64,000 nt of DNA. Origin: Gordius albopunctatus (Eukaryota). Below are positions 13,601-28,600 of this stretch, in pieces (the first letter of the stretch is position 1; each line of letters opens with the position of its first letter). A model generated the notes under the pieces. That model was not told the origin of the DNA. It saw nothing but the letters and a program-made list of their open reading frames with translations, and did not search any database. Where the stretch lies: assembly GCA_964276515.1 (NCBI GenBank), contig OZ193910.1:7998001-8062000 (forward strand). The letters run 5' to 3'. A program made the translations under genes and the position numbers.

Positions 13601-16600
13601 TATTGTCCTCGTTAGAATCTTGATAGGAATTTATGCGTGGGGGGATGTTTGAGATTGAGAGAAATTAAAATTTTCGTGCTGTGTTTATATTGTTTCAATA
13701 TCGCTTTATAAGCGTGTCTCTAGTTTTAGTGAAACAAGCTCTATGCGATCGTGATTTAGAGATAATAATTTTTGACGACTGATCAAAAAAATGTTTTTAA
13801 AGGAATTCACCTCTTATACCGAAAACTTTCATGAGAGCTATATGGTTGAACAAAAAAATAGAAAAAATTTTGAGGTCCAAAAAAATTATTATTTTTCATA
13901 TTCTTTCGAAAGGGAGATGAAAAAATCTTTAAATGTTAGTAAATATTCTTAGCATTTTGTCCTTGTTAGAATCTTGAAAGGAATTTATGCGTGGGGGGAT
14001 GTTTTAGATTGAGAGAAATTAAAATTTAGGTGTTGCGTTTATATTGTTTCAATATCGCTTTATAATCGAGCTCTATGCGATCGTGATTTAGAGTTAATAA
14101 TTTTTGATGACTGATCAAAAAAATGTTTTTCAAGGAATTCATCTCTTATACCGAAAACTTTCATGAGAGCTATATGGTTGAACAAAAAAATTGAAAAAAT
14201 TTTGAGGTCGAAAAAATAATATTTTTCATATTTTTTCGAAAGGGAGATGAAAAAATCTTTAAAAGTTAGTAAATATTCTTAGCATTTTGTCCTTGTTTGA
14301 ATATTGATAGAAATTTATGCGTGGGGGGATGTTTGAGATTGAGAGAAATTAAAATTTTCGTGCTGCGTTTATATTGTTTCAATATCGCTTTATAAGCGTG
14401 TCTCTAGTTTTAGTGAAACAAGCTCGATGCGATCGTGATTTAGAGTTAATAATTTTTGATGACTGATCAAAAAAATGTTTTTCAAGGAATTCACCTCTTA
14501 TACCGAAAACTTTCATGAGAGCTATATGGTTGAACAAAAAAATTGAAAAAATTTTGAGGTCGAAAAAATTATTATTTTTCATATTCTTTCGAAAGGGAGA
14601 TGAAAAAATCTTTAAAAGTTAGTAAATATTCTTAGCATATTGTCCTCGTTAGAATCTTGATAGGAATTTATGCGTGGGGGGATGTTTTAGATTGAGAGAA
14701 ATTAAAATTTTCGTGCTGCGTTTAGTTTGTTTCAATATCGCTTTATAAGCGTGTCTCTAGTTTTAGTGAAACAAGCTCTATGCGATCGTGATTTACAGTT
14801 AATAATTTTTGATGACTGATCAAAAAAATGTTTTTCAAGGAATTCACCTCTTATACCGAAAACTTTCATGAGAGCTATATGGTTGAACAAAAAAATTGAA
14901 AAAATTTTGAGGTCGAAAAAAATATTATTTTTCAAATTCTTTCGAAAGGGAGATGAAAAAATCTTTAAAAGTTAGTAAATATTCTTAGAATTTTGTCCTT
15001 GTTAGAATCTTGATAGGAATTTTTGCGTTGGCGATGTTTGAGATTGAGAGAAATTAAAATTTTTGTGCTGCGTTTAGTTTGTTTCAATATCGCTTTATAA
15101 GCGTGTCTCTAGTTTTAGTGAAACAAGCTCTATGCGATCGTGATTTACAGTTAATAATTTTTGATGACTGATCAAAAAAATGTTTTTCAAGGAATTCACC
15201 TCTTATACCGAAAACTTTCATGAGAGCTATATGGTTGAACAAAAAAATTGAAAAAATTTTGAGGTCGAAAAAATTATTATTTTTCATATTCTTTCGAAAG
15301 GGAGATGAAAAAATCTTTAAAAGTTAGTAAATATTCTTAGCATTTTGTCCTTGTTAGAATCTTGATAGGAATATATGCGTGGGGGGATGTTTGAGATTGA
15401 GAGAAATTAAAATTTTCGTGTTACGTTTATATTGTTTCAATATCGCTTTATAAGCGTGTCTCTAGTTTTAGTGAAACAAGCTCTATGCGATCGTGATTTA
15501 GAGTTAATAATTTTTGATGACTGATCAAAAAAATGTTTTTCAAGGAATTCACCTCTTATACCGAAAACTTTCATGAGAGCTATATGGTTGAACAAAAAAA
15601 TTGAAAAAATTTTGAGGTCGAAAAAATTATTATTTTTCATATTCTTTCGAAAGGGAGATGAAAAAATCTTTAAAAGTTAGTAAATATTCTTAGCATTTTG
15701 TCCTTGTTAGAATCTTGATAGGAATTTATCCTTGGGGGGATGTTTGAGATTGAGAGAAATTAAAATTTTCGTGTTGCGTTTATATTGTTTCAATATCGCT
15801 TTATAAGCGTGTCTCTAGTTTTAGTGAAACAAGCTCTATGCGATCGTGATTTAGAGTTAATAATTTTTGATGACTGATCAAAAAAATGTTTTTCAAGGAA
15901 TTCACCTCTTATACCGAAAACTTTCATGAGAGCTATATGGTTGAACAAAAAAATTGAAAAAATTTTGAGGTCGAAAAAATTATTATTTTTCATATTCTTT
16001 CGAAAGGGAGATGAAAAAATCTTTAAAAGTTAGTAAATATTCTTAGCATATTGTCCTCGTTAGAATCTTGATAGGAATTTATGCGTGGGGGGATGTTTGA
16101 GATTGAGAGAAATTAAAATTTTCGTGCTGCGTTTATATTGTTTCAATATCGCTTTATAAGCGTGTCTCTAGTTTTAGTGAAACAAGCTCGATGCGATCGT
16201 GATTTAGAGTTAATAATTTTTGATGACTGATCAAAAAAATGTTTTTCAAGTAATTCACCTGTTATACCGAAAACTTTCATGAGAGCTATATGGTTGAACA
16301 AAAAAATTGAAAAAATTTTGAGGTCGAAAAAAATATTATTTTTCAAATTCCTTCGAAAGGATGATGAAAAAATCTTTAAAAGTTAGTAAATATTCTTAGC
16401 ATTTTGTCCTTGTTAGAATATTGATAGAAATTTATGCGTGGGGGGATGTTTTAGATTGAGAGAAATTAAAATTTAGGTGTTGCGTTTATATTGTTTCAAT
16501 ATCGCTTTATAAGCGTGTCTCTAGTTTTAGTGAAACAAGCTCTATGCGATCGTGATTTAGAGATAATAATTTTTGACGACTGATCAAAAAAATGTTTTTA

Positions 16601-19600
16601 AAGGAATTCACCTCTTATACCGAAAACTTTCATGAGAGCTATATGGTTGAACAAAAAAATAGAAAAAATTTTGAGGTCGAAAAAATTATTATTTTTCATA
16701 TTCTTTCGAAAGGGAGATGAAAAAATCTTTAAAAGTTAGTAAATATTCTTAGCATTTTGTCCTTGTTAGAATCTTGATAGGAATTTTTGCGTGGGGGGAT
16801 GTTTTAGATTGAGAGAAATTAAAATTTAGGTGTTGCGTTTATATTGTTTCAATATCGCTTTATAAGCGAGCTCTATGCGATCGTGATTTAGTGTTAATAA
16901 TTTTTGATGACTGATCAAAAAAATGTTTTTCAAGGAATTCACCTCTTATACCGAAAACTTTCATGAGAGCTATATGGTTGAACAAAAAAATTGAAAAAAT
17001 TTTGAGGTCGAAAAAATTATTATTTTTCATATTCTTTTGAAAGGGAGATGAAAAAATCTTTAAAAATTAGTAAATATTCGTAGCATTTTGTCCTTGTTAG
17101 AATCTTGATAGGAATTTATGCGTGGAGGGATGTTTGAGATTGAGAGAAATTAAAAATTTCGTGTTGCGTTTAGATTGATTCAATATCGCTTTATAAGCGT
17201 GTCTCTAGTTTTAGTGAAACAAGCTCTATGCGATCGTGATTTAGAGTTAATAATTTTTGATGACTGATCAAAAAAATGTTTTTCAAGGAATTCACCTCTT
17301 ATACCGAAAACTTTCATGAGAGCTATATGGTTGAACAAAAAAATTGAAAAAATTTTGAGGTCGAAAAAATTATTATTTTTCATATTCTTTCGAAAGGGAG
17401 ATGAAAAAATCTTTAAAAGTTAGTAAATATTCTTAGCATATTGTCCTCGTTAGAATCTTGATAGGAATTTATGCGTGGGGGGATGTTTGAGATTGAGAGA
17501 AATTAAAATTTTCGTGCTGTGTTTATATTGTTTCAATATCGCTTTATAAGCGTGTCTCTAGTTTTAGTGAAACAAGCTCTATGCGATCGTGATTTAGAGA
17601 TAATAATTTTTGACGACTGATCAAAAAAATGTTTTTAAAGGAATTCACCTCTTATACCGAAAACTTTCATGAGAGCTATATGGTTGAACAAAAAAATAGA
17701 AAAAATTTTGAGGTCCAAAAAAATTATTATTTTTCATATTCTTTCGAAAGGGAGATGAAAAAATCTTTAAAAGTTAGTAAATATTCTTAGCATATTGTCC
17801 TCGTTAGAATCTTGATAGGAATTTATGCGTGGGGGGATGTTTGAGATTGAGAGAAATTAAAATTTTCGTGCTGTGTTTATATTGTTTCAATATCGCTTTA
17901 TAAGCGTGTCTCTAGTTTTAGTGAAACAAGCTCTATGCGATCGTGATTTAGAGTTAATAATTTTTGATGACTGATCAAAAAAATGTTTTTAAAGGAATTC
18001 ACCTCTTATACCGAAAACTTTCATGAGAGCTATATGGTTGAACAAAAAAATTGAAAAAATTTTGAGGTCGAAAAAATTATTATTTTTCATATTCTTTCGA
18101 AAGGGAGATGAAAAAATCTTTAAAAGTTAGTAAATATTCTTAGCATATTGTCCTCGTTAGAATCTTGATAGGAATTTATGCGTGGGGGGATGTTTGAGAT
18201 TGAGAGAAATTAAAATTTTCGTGCTGTGTTTATATTGTTTCAATATCGCTTTATAAGCGTGTCTCTAGTTTTAGTGAAACAAGCTCTATGCGATCGTGAT
18301 TTAGAGATAATAATTTTTGACGACTGATCAAAAAAATGTTTTTAAAGGAATTCACCTCTTATACCGAAAACTTTCATGAGAGCTATATGGTTGAACAAAA
18401 AAATAGAAAAAATTTTGAGGTCCAAAAAAATTATTATTTTTCATATTCTTTCGAAAGGGAGATGAAAAAATCTTTAAATGTTAGTAAATATTCTTAGCAT
18501 TTTGTCCTTGTTAGAATCTTGAAAGGAATTTATGCGTGGGGGGATGTTTTAGATTGAGAGAAATTAAAATTTAGGTGTTGCGTTTATATTGTTTCAATAT
18601 CGCTTTATAATCGAGCTCTATGCGATCGTGATTTAGAGTTAATAATTTTTGATGACTGATCAAAAAAATGTTTTTCAAGGAATTCATCTCTTATACGGAA
18701 AACTTTCATGAGAGCTATATGGTTGAACAAAAAAAATTAAAACAATTTCGAGGTCGAAAAAAATATTATTTTTCATATTCTTTCGAAAGGGAGATGAAAA
18801 AATCTTTAAAAGTTAGTAAATATTCTTAGCATTTTGTCCTTTCTTGATAGGAATTTTTGCGTGGGGGGATGTTTGAGATTGAGAGAAATTAAAATTTTCG
18901 TGTTGCGTTTAGATTGATTCAATATCGCTTTATAAGCGTGTCTCTACTTTTAGTGAAACAAGCTCTATGCGATGGTGATTCAGTGTTAATAATTTTTGAT
19001 GACTGATCAAAAAAATGTTTTTCAAGGAATTCACCTCTTATACCGAAAACTTTCATGAGAACTATATGGTTGAACAAAAAAATTGAAAAAATTTTGAGGT
19101 CGAAAAAAATATTATTTTTCATATTGTTTCGAAAAGGAGATGAAAAAATCTTTAAAAGTTAGTAAATATTCTTAGCATTTTGTCCTTTCTTGATAGGAAT
19201 TTTTGCGTGGGGGCTATTTGAGATTGAGAGAAATTAAAATTTCCGTGTGGCGTTTAGATTGATTCAATATCGTTTTATAAGCGTGTCTCTAGTTTTAGTG
19301 AAACAAGCTCTATGCGATCGTGATTTAGAGTTAATAATTTTTGATGAATGATCAAAAAAATGTTTTTCAAGGAATTCATCTCTTATACGGAAAACTTTCA
19401 TGAGAGCTATATGGTTGAACAAAAAAAATTAAAACAATTTCGAGGTCGAAAAAAATATTATTTTTCATATTCTTTCGAAAGGGAGATGAAAAAATCTTTA
19501 AAAGTTAGTAAATATTCTTAGCATTTTGTCCTTGTTAGAATCTTGATAGGAATTTATGCGTGGGGGGATGTTTTAGATTGAGAGAAATTAAAATTTATGT

Positions 19601-22600
19601 GTTGCGTTTATATTGTTTCAGTATCGCTTTATAAGCGTGTCTCTAGTTTTAGTGAAACAAGCTCTATGCGATCGTGATTTAGGGTTAATAATTTTTGATG
19701 ACTGATCAAAAAAATGTTTTTCAAGGAATTCACCTCTTATACCGAAAACTTTCATGAGAGCTATATGGTTGAACAAAAAAATTGAAAAAATTTTGAGGTC
19801 GAAAAAATTATTATTTTTCATATTCTTTCGAAACGGAGATGAAAAAATCTTTAAAAGTTAGTAAATATTCTTAGCATTTTGTCCTTGTTAGAATCTTGAT
19901 AGAAATGTATGCGTGGGGGGATGTTTTAGATTGAGAGAAATTAAAATTTAGGTGTTGCGTTTATATTGTTTCAATATCGCTTTATAAGCGTGTCTCTACT
20001 TTTAGTGAAACAAGCTCTATGCGATGGTGATTCAGAGTTAATAATTTTTGATGACTGATCAAAAAAATGTTTTTCAAGGAATTCACCTCTTATACCGAAA
20101 ACTTTCATGAGAACTATATGGTTGAACAAAAAAATTGAAAAAATTTTGAGGTCGAAAAAAATATTATTTTTCATATTGTTTCGAAAAGGAGATGAAAAAA
20201 TCTTTAAAAGTTAGTAAATATTCTTAGCATTTTGTCCTTTCTTGATAGGAATTTTTGCGTGGGGGCTATTTGAGATTGAGAGAAATTAAAATTTCCGTGT
20301 GGCGTTTAGATTGATTCAATATCGTTTTATAAGCGTGTCTCTAGTTTTAGTGAAACAAGCTCTATGCGATCGTGATTTAGAGTTAATAATTTTTGATGAC
20401 TGATCAAAAAAATGTTTTTCAAGGAATTCATCTCTTATACGGAAAACTTTCATGAGAGCTATATGGTTGAACAAAAAAATTGAAAAAATTTTGAGGTCGA
20501 AAAAAATATTTTTTTTCATATTCTTTCGAAAGGGAGATGAAAAAATCTTTAAAAGTTATTAAATATTCTTAGCATTTTGTCCTTGTTAGAATCTTGATAG
20601 GAATTTTTGCGTGGGTGGATGTTTTAGATTGAGAGAAATTAAAATTTAGGTGTTGCGTTTATATTGTTTCAATATCGCTTTATAAGCGTGTCTCTAGTTT
20701 TAGTGAAACAAGCTCTATGCGATCGTGATTTAGAGTTAATAATTTTTGATGAATGATCAAAAAAATGTTTTTCAAGGAATTCATCTCTTATACGGAAAAC
20801 TTTCATGAGAGCTATATGGTTGAACAAAAAAAATTAAAACAATTTCGAGGTCGAAAAAAATATTATTTTTCATATTCTTTCGAAAGGGAGATGAAAAAAT
20901 CTTTAAAATTTAGTAAATATTCTTAGCATTTTGTCCTTGTTAGAATCTTGATAGGAATTTATGCGTGGGGGGATGTTTTAGATTGAGAGAAATTAAAATT
21001 TATGTGTTGCGTTTATATTGTTTCAGTATCGCTTTATAAGCGTGTCTCTAGTTTTAGTGAAACAAGCTCTATGCGATCGTGATTTAGGGTTAATAATTTT
21101 TGATGACTGATCAAAAAAATGTTTTTCAAGGAATTCACCTCTTATACCGAAAACTTTCATGAGAGCTATATGGTTGAACAAAAAAATTGAAAAAATTTTG
21201 AGGTCGAAAAAATTATTATTTTTCATATTCTTTCGAAAGGGAGATGAAAAAATCTTTAAAAGTTAGTAAATATTCTTAGCATTTTGTCCTTGTTAGAATC
21301 TTGATAGGAATTTATCCTTGGGGGGATGTTTGAGATTGAGAGAAATTAAAATTTTCGTGTTGCGTTTATATTGTTTCAATATCGCTTTATAAGCGTGTCT
21401 CTAGTTTTAGTGAAACAAGCTCTATGCGATCGTGATTTAGAGTTAATAATTTTTGATGACTGATCAAAAAAATGTTTTTAAAGGAATTCACCTCTTATAC
21501 CGAAAACTTTCATGAGAGCTATATGGTTGAACAAAAAAATTGAAAAAATTTTGAGGTCGAAAAAAATTATTATTTTTCATATTCTTTCGAAAGGGAGATG
21601 AAAAAATCTTTAAAAGTTAGTAAATATTCTTAGCATATTGTCCTCGTTAGAATCTTGATAGGAATTTATGCGTGGGGGGATGTTTGAGATTGAGAGAAAT
21701 TAAAATTTTCGTGCTGTGTTTATATTGTTTCAATATCGCTTTATAAGCGTGTCTCTAGTTTTAGTGAAACAAGCTCTATGCGATCGTGATTTAGAGATAA
21801 TAATTTTTGACGACTGATCAAAAAAATGTTTTTAAAGGAATTCACCTCTTATACCGAAAACTTTCATGAGAGCTATATGGTTGAACAAAAAAATAGAAAA
21901 AATTTTGAGGTCCAAAAAAATTATTATTTTTCATATTCTTTCGAAAGGGAGATGAAAAAATCTTTAAATGTTAGTAAATATTCTTAGCATTTTGTCCTTG
22001 TTAGAATCTTGAAAGGAATTTATGCGTGGGGGGATGTTTTAGATTGAGAGAAATTAAAATTTAGGTGTTGCGTTTATATTGTTTCAATATCGCTTTATAA
22101 TCGAGCTCTATGCGATCGTGATTTAGAGTTAATAATTTTTGATGACTGATCAAAAAAATGTTTTTCAAGGAATTCATCTCTTATACCGAAAACTTTCATG
22201 AGAGCTATATGGTTGAACAAAAAAATTGAAAAAATTTTGAGGTCGAAAAAATAATATTTTTCATATTTTTTCGAAAGGGAGATGAAAAAATCTTTAAAAG
22301 TTAGTAAATATTCTTAGCATTTTGTCCTTGTTTGAATATTGATAGAAATTTATGCGTGGGGGGATGTTTGAGATTGAGAGAAATTAAAATTTTCGTGCTG
22401 CGTTTATATTGTTTCAATATCGCTTTATAAGCGTGTCTCTAGTTTTAGTGAAACAAGCTCGATGCGATCGTGATTTAGAGTTAATAATTTTTGATGACTG
22501 ATCAAAAAAATGTTTTTCAAGGAATTCACCTCTTATACCGAAAACTTTCATGAGAGCTATATGGTTGAACAAAAAAATTGAAAAAATTTTGAGGTCGAAA

Positions 22601-25600
22601 AAATTATTATTTTTCATATTCTTTCGAAAGGGAGATGAAAAAATCTTTAAAAGTTAGTAAATATTCTTAGCATATTGTCCTCGTTAGAATCTTGATAGGA
22701 ATTTATGCGTGGGGGGATGTTTTAGATTGAGAGAAATTAAAATTTTCGTGCTGCGTTTAGTTTGTTTCAATATCGCTTTATAAGCGTGTCTCTAGTTTTA
22801 GTGAAACAAGCTCTATGCGATCGTGATTTACAGTTAATAATTTTTGATGACTGATCAAAAAAATGTTTTTCAAGGAATTCACCTCTTATACCGAAAACTT
22901 TCATGAGAGCTATATGGTTGAACAAAAAAATTGAAAAAATTTTGAGGTCGAAAAAAATATTATTTTTCAAATTCTTTCGAAAGGGAGATGAAAAAATCTT
23001 TAAAAGTTAGTAAATATTCTTAGAATTTTGTCCTTGTTAGAATCTTGATAGGAATTTTTGCGTTGGCGATGTTTGAGATTGAGAGAAATTAAAATTTTTG
23101 TGCTGCGTTTAGTTTGTTTCAATATCGCTTTATAAGCGTGTCTCTAGTTTTAGTGAAACAAGCTCTATGCGATCGTGATTTACAGTTAATAATTTTTGAT
23201 GACTGATCAAAAAAATGTTTTTCAAGGAATTCACCTCTTATACCGAAAACTTTCATGAGAGCTATATGGTTGAACAAAAAAATTGAAAAAATTTTGAGGT
23301 CGAAAAAATTATTATTTTTCATATTCTTTCGAAAGGGAGATGAAAAAATCTTTAAAAGTTAGTAAATATTCTTAGCATTTTGTCCTTGTTAGAATCTTGA
23401 TAGGAATATATGCGTGGGGGGATGTTTGAGATTGAGAGAAATTAAAATTTTCGTGTTACGTTTATATTGTTTCAATATCGCTTTATAAGCGTGTCTCTAG
23501 TTTTAGTGAAACAAGCTCTATGCGATCGTGATTTAGAGTTAATAATTTTTGATGACTGATCAAAAAAATGTTTTTCAAGGAATTCACCTCTTATACCGAA
23601 AACTTTCATGAGAGCTATATGGTTGAACAAAAAAATTGAAAAAATTTTGAGGTCGAAAAAATTATTATTTTTCATATTCTTTCGAAAGGGAGATGAAAAA
23701 ATCTTTAAAAGTTAGTAAATATTCTTAGCATTTTGTCCTTGTTAGAATCTTGATAGGAATTTATCCTTGGGGGGATGTTTGAGATTGAGAGAAATTAAAA
23801 TTTTCGTGTTGCGTTTATATTGTTTCAATATCGCTTTATAAGCGTGTCTCTAGTTTTAGTGAAACAAGCTCTATGCGATCGTGATTTAGAGTTAATAATT
23901 TTTGATGACTGATCAAAAAAATGTTTTTCAAGGAATTCACCTCTTATACCGAAAACTTTCATGAGAGCTATATGGTTGAACAAAAAAATTGAAAAAATTT
24001 TGAGGTCGAAAAAATTATTATTTTTCATATTCTTTCGAAAGGGAGATGAAAAAATCTTTAAAAGTTAGTAAATATTCTTAGCATATTGTCCTCGTTAGAA
24101 TCTTGATAGGAATTTATGCGTGGGGGGATGTTTGAGATTGAGAGAAATTAAAATTTTCGTGCTGCGTTTATATTGTTTCAATATCGCTTTATAAGCGTGT
24201 CTCTAGTTTTAGTGAAACAAGCTCGATGCGATCGTGATTTAGAGTTAATAATTTTTGATGACTGATCAAAAAAATGTTTTTCAAGTAATTCACCTGTTAT
24301 ACCGAAAACTTTCATGAGAGCTATATGGTTGAACAAAAAAATTGAAAAAATTTTGAGGTCGAAAAAAATATTATTTTTCAAATTCCTTCGAAAGGATGAT
24401 GAAAAAATCTTTAAAAGTTAGTAAATATTCTTAGCATTTTGTCCTTGTTAGAATATTGATAGAAATTTATGCGTGGGGGGATGTTTTAGATTGAGAGAAA
24501 TTAAAATTTAGGTGTTGCGTTTATATTGTTTCAATATCGCTTTATAAGCGTGTCTCTAGTTTTAGTGAAACAAGCTCTATGCGATCGTGATTTAGAGATA
24601 ATAATTTTTGACGACTGATCAAAAAAATGTTTTTAAAGGAATTCACCTCTTATACCGAAAACTTTCATGAGAGCTATATGGTTGAACAAAAAAATAGAAA
24701 AAATTTTGAGGTCGAAAAAATTATTATTTTTCATATTCTTTCGAAAGGGAGATGAAAAAATCTTTAAAAGTTAGTAAATATTCTTAGCATTTTGTCCTTG
24801 TTAGAATCTTGATAGGAATTTTTGCGTGGGGGGATGTTTTAGATTGAGAGAAATTAAAATTTAGGTGTTGCGTTTATATTGTTTCAATATCGCTTTATAA
24901 GCGAGCTCTATGCGATCGTGATTTAGTGTTAATAATTTTTGATGACTGATCAAAAAAATGTTTTTCAAGGAATTCACCTCTTATACCGAAAACTTTCATG
25001 AGAGCTATATGGTTGAACAAAAAAATTGAAAAAATTTTGAGGTCGAAAAAATTATTATTTTTCATATTCTTTTGAAAGGGAGATGAAAAAATCTTTAAAA
25101 ATTAGTAAATATTCGTAGCATTTTGTCCTTGTTAGAATCTTGATAGGAATTTATGCGTGGAGGGATGTTTGAGATTGAGAGAAATTAAAAATTTCGTGTT
25201 GCGTTTAGATTGATTCAATATCGCTTTATAAGCGTGTCTCTAGTTTTAGTGAAACAAGCTCTATGCGATCGTGATTTAGAGTTAATAATTTTTGATGACT
25301 GATCAAAAAAATGTTTTTCAAGGAATTCACCTCTTATACCGAAAACTTTCATGAGAGCTATATGGTTGAACAAAAAAATTGAAAAAATTTTGAGGTCGAA
25401 AAAATTATTATTTTTCATATTCTTTCGAAAGGGAGATGAAAAAATCTTTAAAAGTTAGTAAATATTCTTAGCATATTGTCCTCGTTAGAATCTTGATAGG
25501 AATTTATGCGTGGGGGGATGTTTGAGATTGAGAGAAATTAAAATTTTCGTGCTGCGTTTATATTGTTTCAATATCGCTTTATAAGCGTGTCTCTAGTTTT

Positions 25601-28600
25601 AGTGAAACAAGCTCGATGCGATCGTGATTTAGAGTTAATAATTTTTGATGACTGATCAAAAAAATGTTTTTCAAGCAATTCACCTGTTATACCGAAAACT
25701 TTCATGAGAGCTATATGGTTGAACAAAAAAATTGAAAAAATTTTGAGGTCGAAAAAAATATTATTTTTCAAATTCTTTCGAAAGGAGATGAAAAAATCTT
25801 TAAAAGTTATTAAATATTCTTAGCATTTTGTCCTTGTTAGAATCTTGATAGGAATTTTTGCGTGGGGGGATGTTTGAGATTGAGAGAAATTAAAATTTTC
25901 GTGTTGCGTTTAGATTGATTCAATTTCGCTTTATAAGCGTGTCTCTAGTTTTAGTGAAACAAGCTCTATGCGATCGTGATTTAGAGTTAATAATTTTTGA
26001 TGACTGATCAAAAAAATGTTTTTCAAGGAATTCACCTCCTATACGGAAAACTTTCATGAGTGCTATATGGTTGAACAAAAAAAATTAAAACAATTTTGAG
26101 GTCGAAAAAAATATTATTTTTCATATTCTTTCGAAAGGGAGATGAAAAAATCTTTAAAAGTTATTAAATATTCTTAGCATTTTGTCCTTGTTAGAATCTT
26201 GATAGGAATTTTTGCGTGGGGGGATGTTTGAGATTGAGAGAAATTAAAATTTTCGTGTTGCGTTTAGATTGATTCAATATCGCTTTATAAGCGTGTCTCT
26301 ACTTTTAGTGAAACAAGCTCTATGCGATGGTGATTCAGTGTTAATAATTTTTGATGACTGATCAAAAAAATGTTTTTCAAGGAATTCACCTCTTATACCG
26401 AAAACTTTCATGAGAACTATATGGTTGAACAAAAAAATTGAAAAAATTTTGAGGTCGAAAAAAATATTATTTTTCATATTGTTTCGAAAAGGAGATGAAA
26501 AAATCTTTAAAAGTTAGTAAATATTCTTAGCATTTTGTCCTCGTTAGAATCTTGATAGGAATTTATGCGTGGGGGGATGTTTTAGATTGAGAGAAATTAA
26601 AATTTTCGTGTTGCGTTTAGATTGATTCAATTTCGCTTTATAAGCGTGTCTCTAGTTTTAGTGAAACAAGCTCTATGCGATCGTGATTTAGAGTTAATAA
26701 TTTTTGATGACTGATCAAAAAAATGTTTTTCAAGGAATTCACCTCCTATACGGAAAACTTTCATGAGTGCTATATGGTTGAACAAAAAAAATTAAAACAA
26801 TTTTGAGGTCGAAAAAAATATTATTTTTCATATTCTTTCGAAAGGGAGATGAAAAAATCTTTAAAAGTTATTAAATATTCTTAGCATTTTGTCCTTGTTA
26901 GAATCTTGATAGGAATTTTTGCGTGGGGGGATGTTTGAGATTGAGAGAAATTAAAATTTTCGTGTTGCGTTTATATTGTTTCAATATCGCTTTATAAGCG
27001 TGTCTCTAGTTTTAGTGAAACAAGCTCTATGCGATCGTGATTTAGAGTTAATAATTTTTGATGAATGATCAAAAAAATGTTTTTCAAGGAATTCATCTCT
27101 TATACGGAAAACTTTCATGAGAGCTATATGGTTGAACAAAAAAAATTAAAACAATTTCGAGGTCGAAAAAAATATTATTTTTCATATTCTTTCGAAAGGG
27201 AGATGAAAAAATCTTTAAAATTTAGTAAATATTCTTAGCATTTTGTCCTTGTTAGAATCTTGATAGGAATTTATGCGTGGGGGGATGTTTTAGATTGAGA
27301 GAAATTAAAATTTATGTGTTGCGTTTATATTGTTTCAGTATCGCTTTATAAGCGTGTCTCTAGTTTTAGTGAAACAAGCTCTATGCGATCGTGATTTAGG
27401 GTTAATAATTTTTGATGACTGATCAAAAAAATGTTTTTCAAGGAATTCACCTCTTATACCGAAAACTTTCATGAGAGCTATATGGTTGAACAAAAAAATT
27501 GAAAAAATTTTGAGGTCGAAAAAATTATTATTTTTCATATTCTTTCGAAAGGGAGATGAAAAAATCTTTAAAAGTTAGTAAATATTCTTAGCATTTTGTC
27601 CTTGTTAGAATCTTGATAGGAATTTATCCTTGGGGGGATGTTTGAGATTGAGAGAAATTAAAATTTTCGTGTTGCGTTTATATTGTTTCAATATCGCTTT
27701 ATAAGCGTGTCTCTAGTTTTAGTGAAACAAGCTCTATGCGATCGTGATTTAGAGTTAATAATTTTTGATGACTGATCAAAAAAATGTTTTTAAAGGAATT
27801 CACCTCTTATACCGAAAACTTTCATGAGAGCTATATGGTTGAACAAAAAAATTGAAAAAATTTTGAGGTCGAAAAAAATTATTATTTTTCATATTCTTTC
27901 GAAAGGGAGATGAAAAAATCTTTAAAAGTTAGTAAATATTCTTAGCATATTGTCCTCGTTAGAATCTTGATAGGAATTTATGCGTGGGGGGATGTTTGAG
28001 ATTGAGAGAAATTAAAATTTTCGTGCTGTGTTTATATTGTTTCAATATCGCTTTATAAGCGTGTCTCTAGTTTTAGTGAAACAAGCTCTATGCGATCGTG
28101 ATTTAGAGATAATAATTTTTGACGACTGATCAAAAAAATGTTTTTAAAGGAATTCACCTCTTATACCGAAAACTTTCATGAGAGCTATATGGTTGAACAA
28201 AAAAATAGAAAAAATTTTGAGGTCCAAAAAAATTATTATTTTTCATATTCTTTCGAAAGGGAGATGAAAAAATCTTTAAATGTTAGTAAATATTCTTAGC
28301 ATTTTGTCCTTGTTAGAATCTTGAAAGGAATTTATGCGTGGGGGGATGTTTTAGATTGAGAGAAATTAAAATTTAGGTGTTGCGTTTATATTGTTTCAAT
28401 ATCGCTTTATAATCGAGCTCTATGCGATCGTGATTTAGAGTTAATAATTTTTGATGACTGATCAAAAAAATGTTTTTCAAGGAATTCATCTCTTATACCG
28501 AAAACTTTCATGAGAGCTATATGGTTGAACAAAAAAATTGAAAAAATTTTGAGGTCGAAAAAATAATATTTTTCATATTTTTTCGAAAGGGAGATGAAAA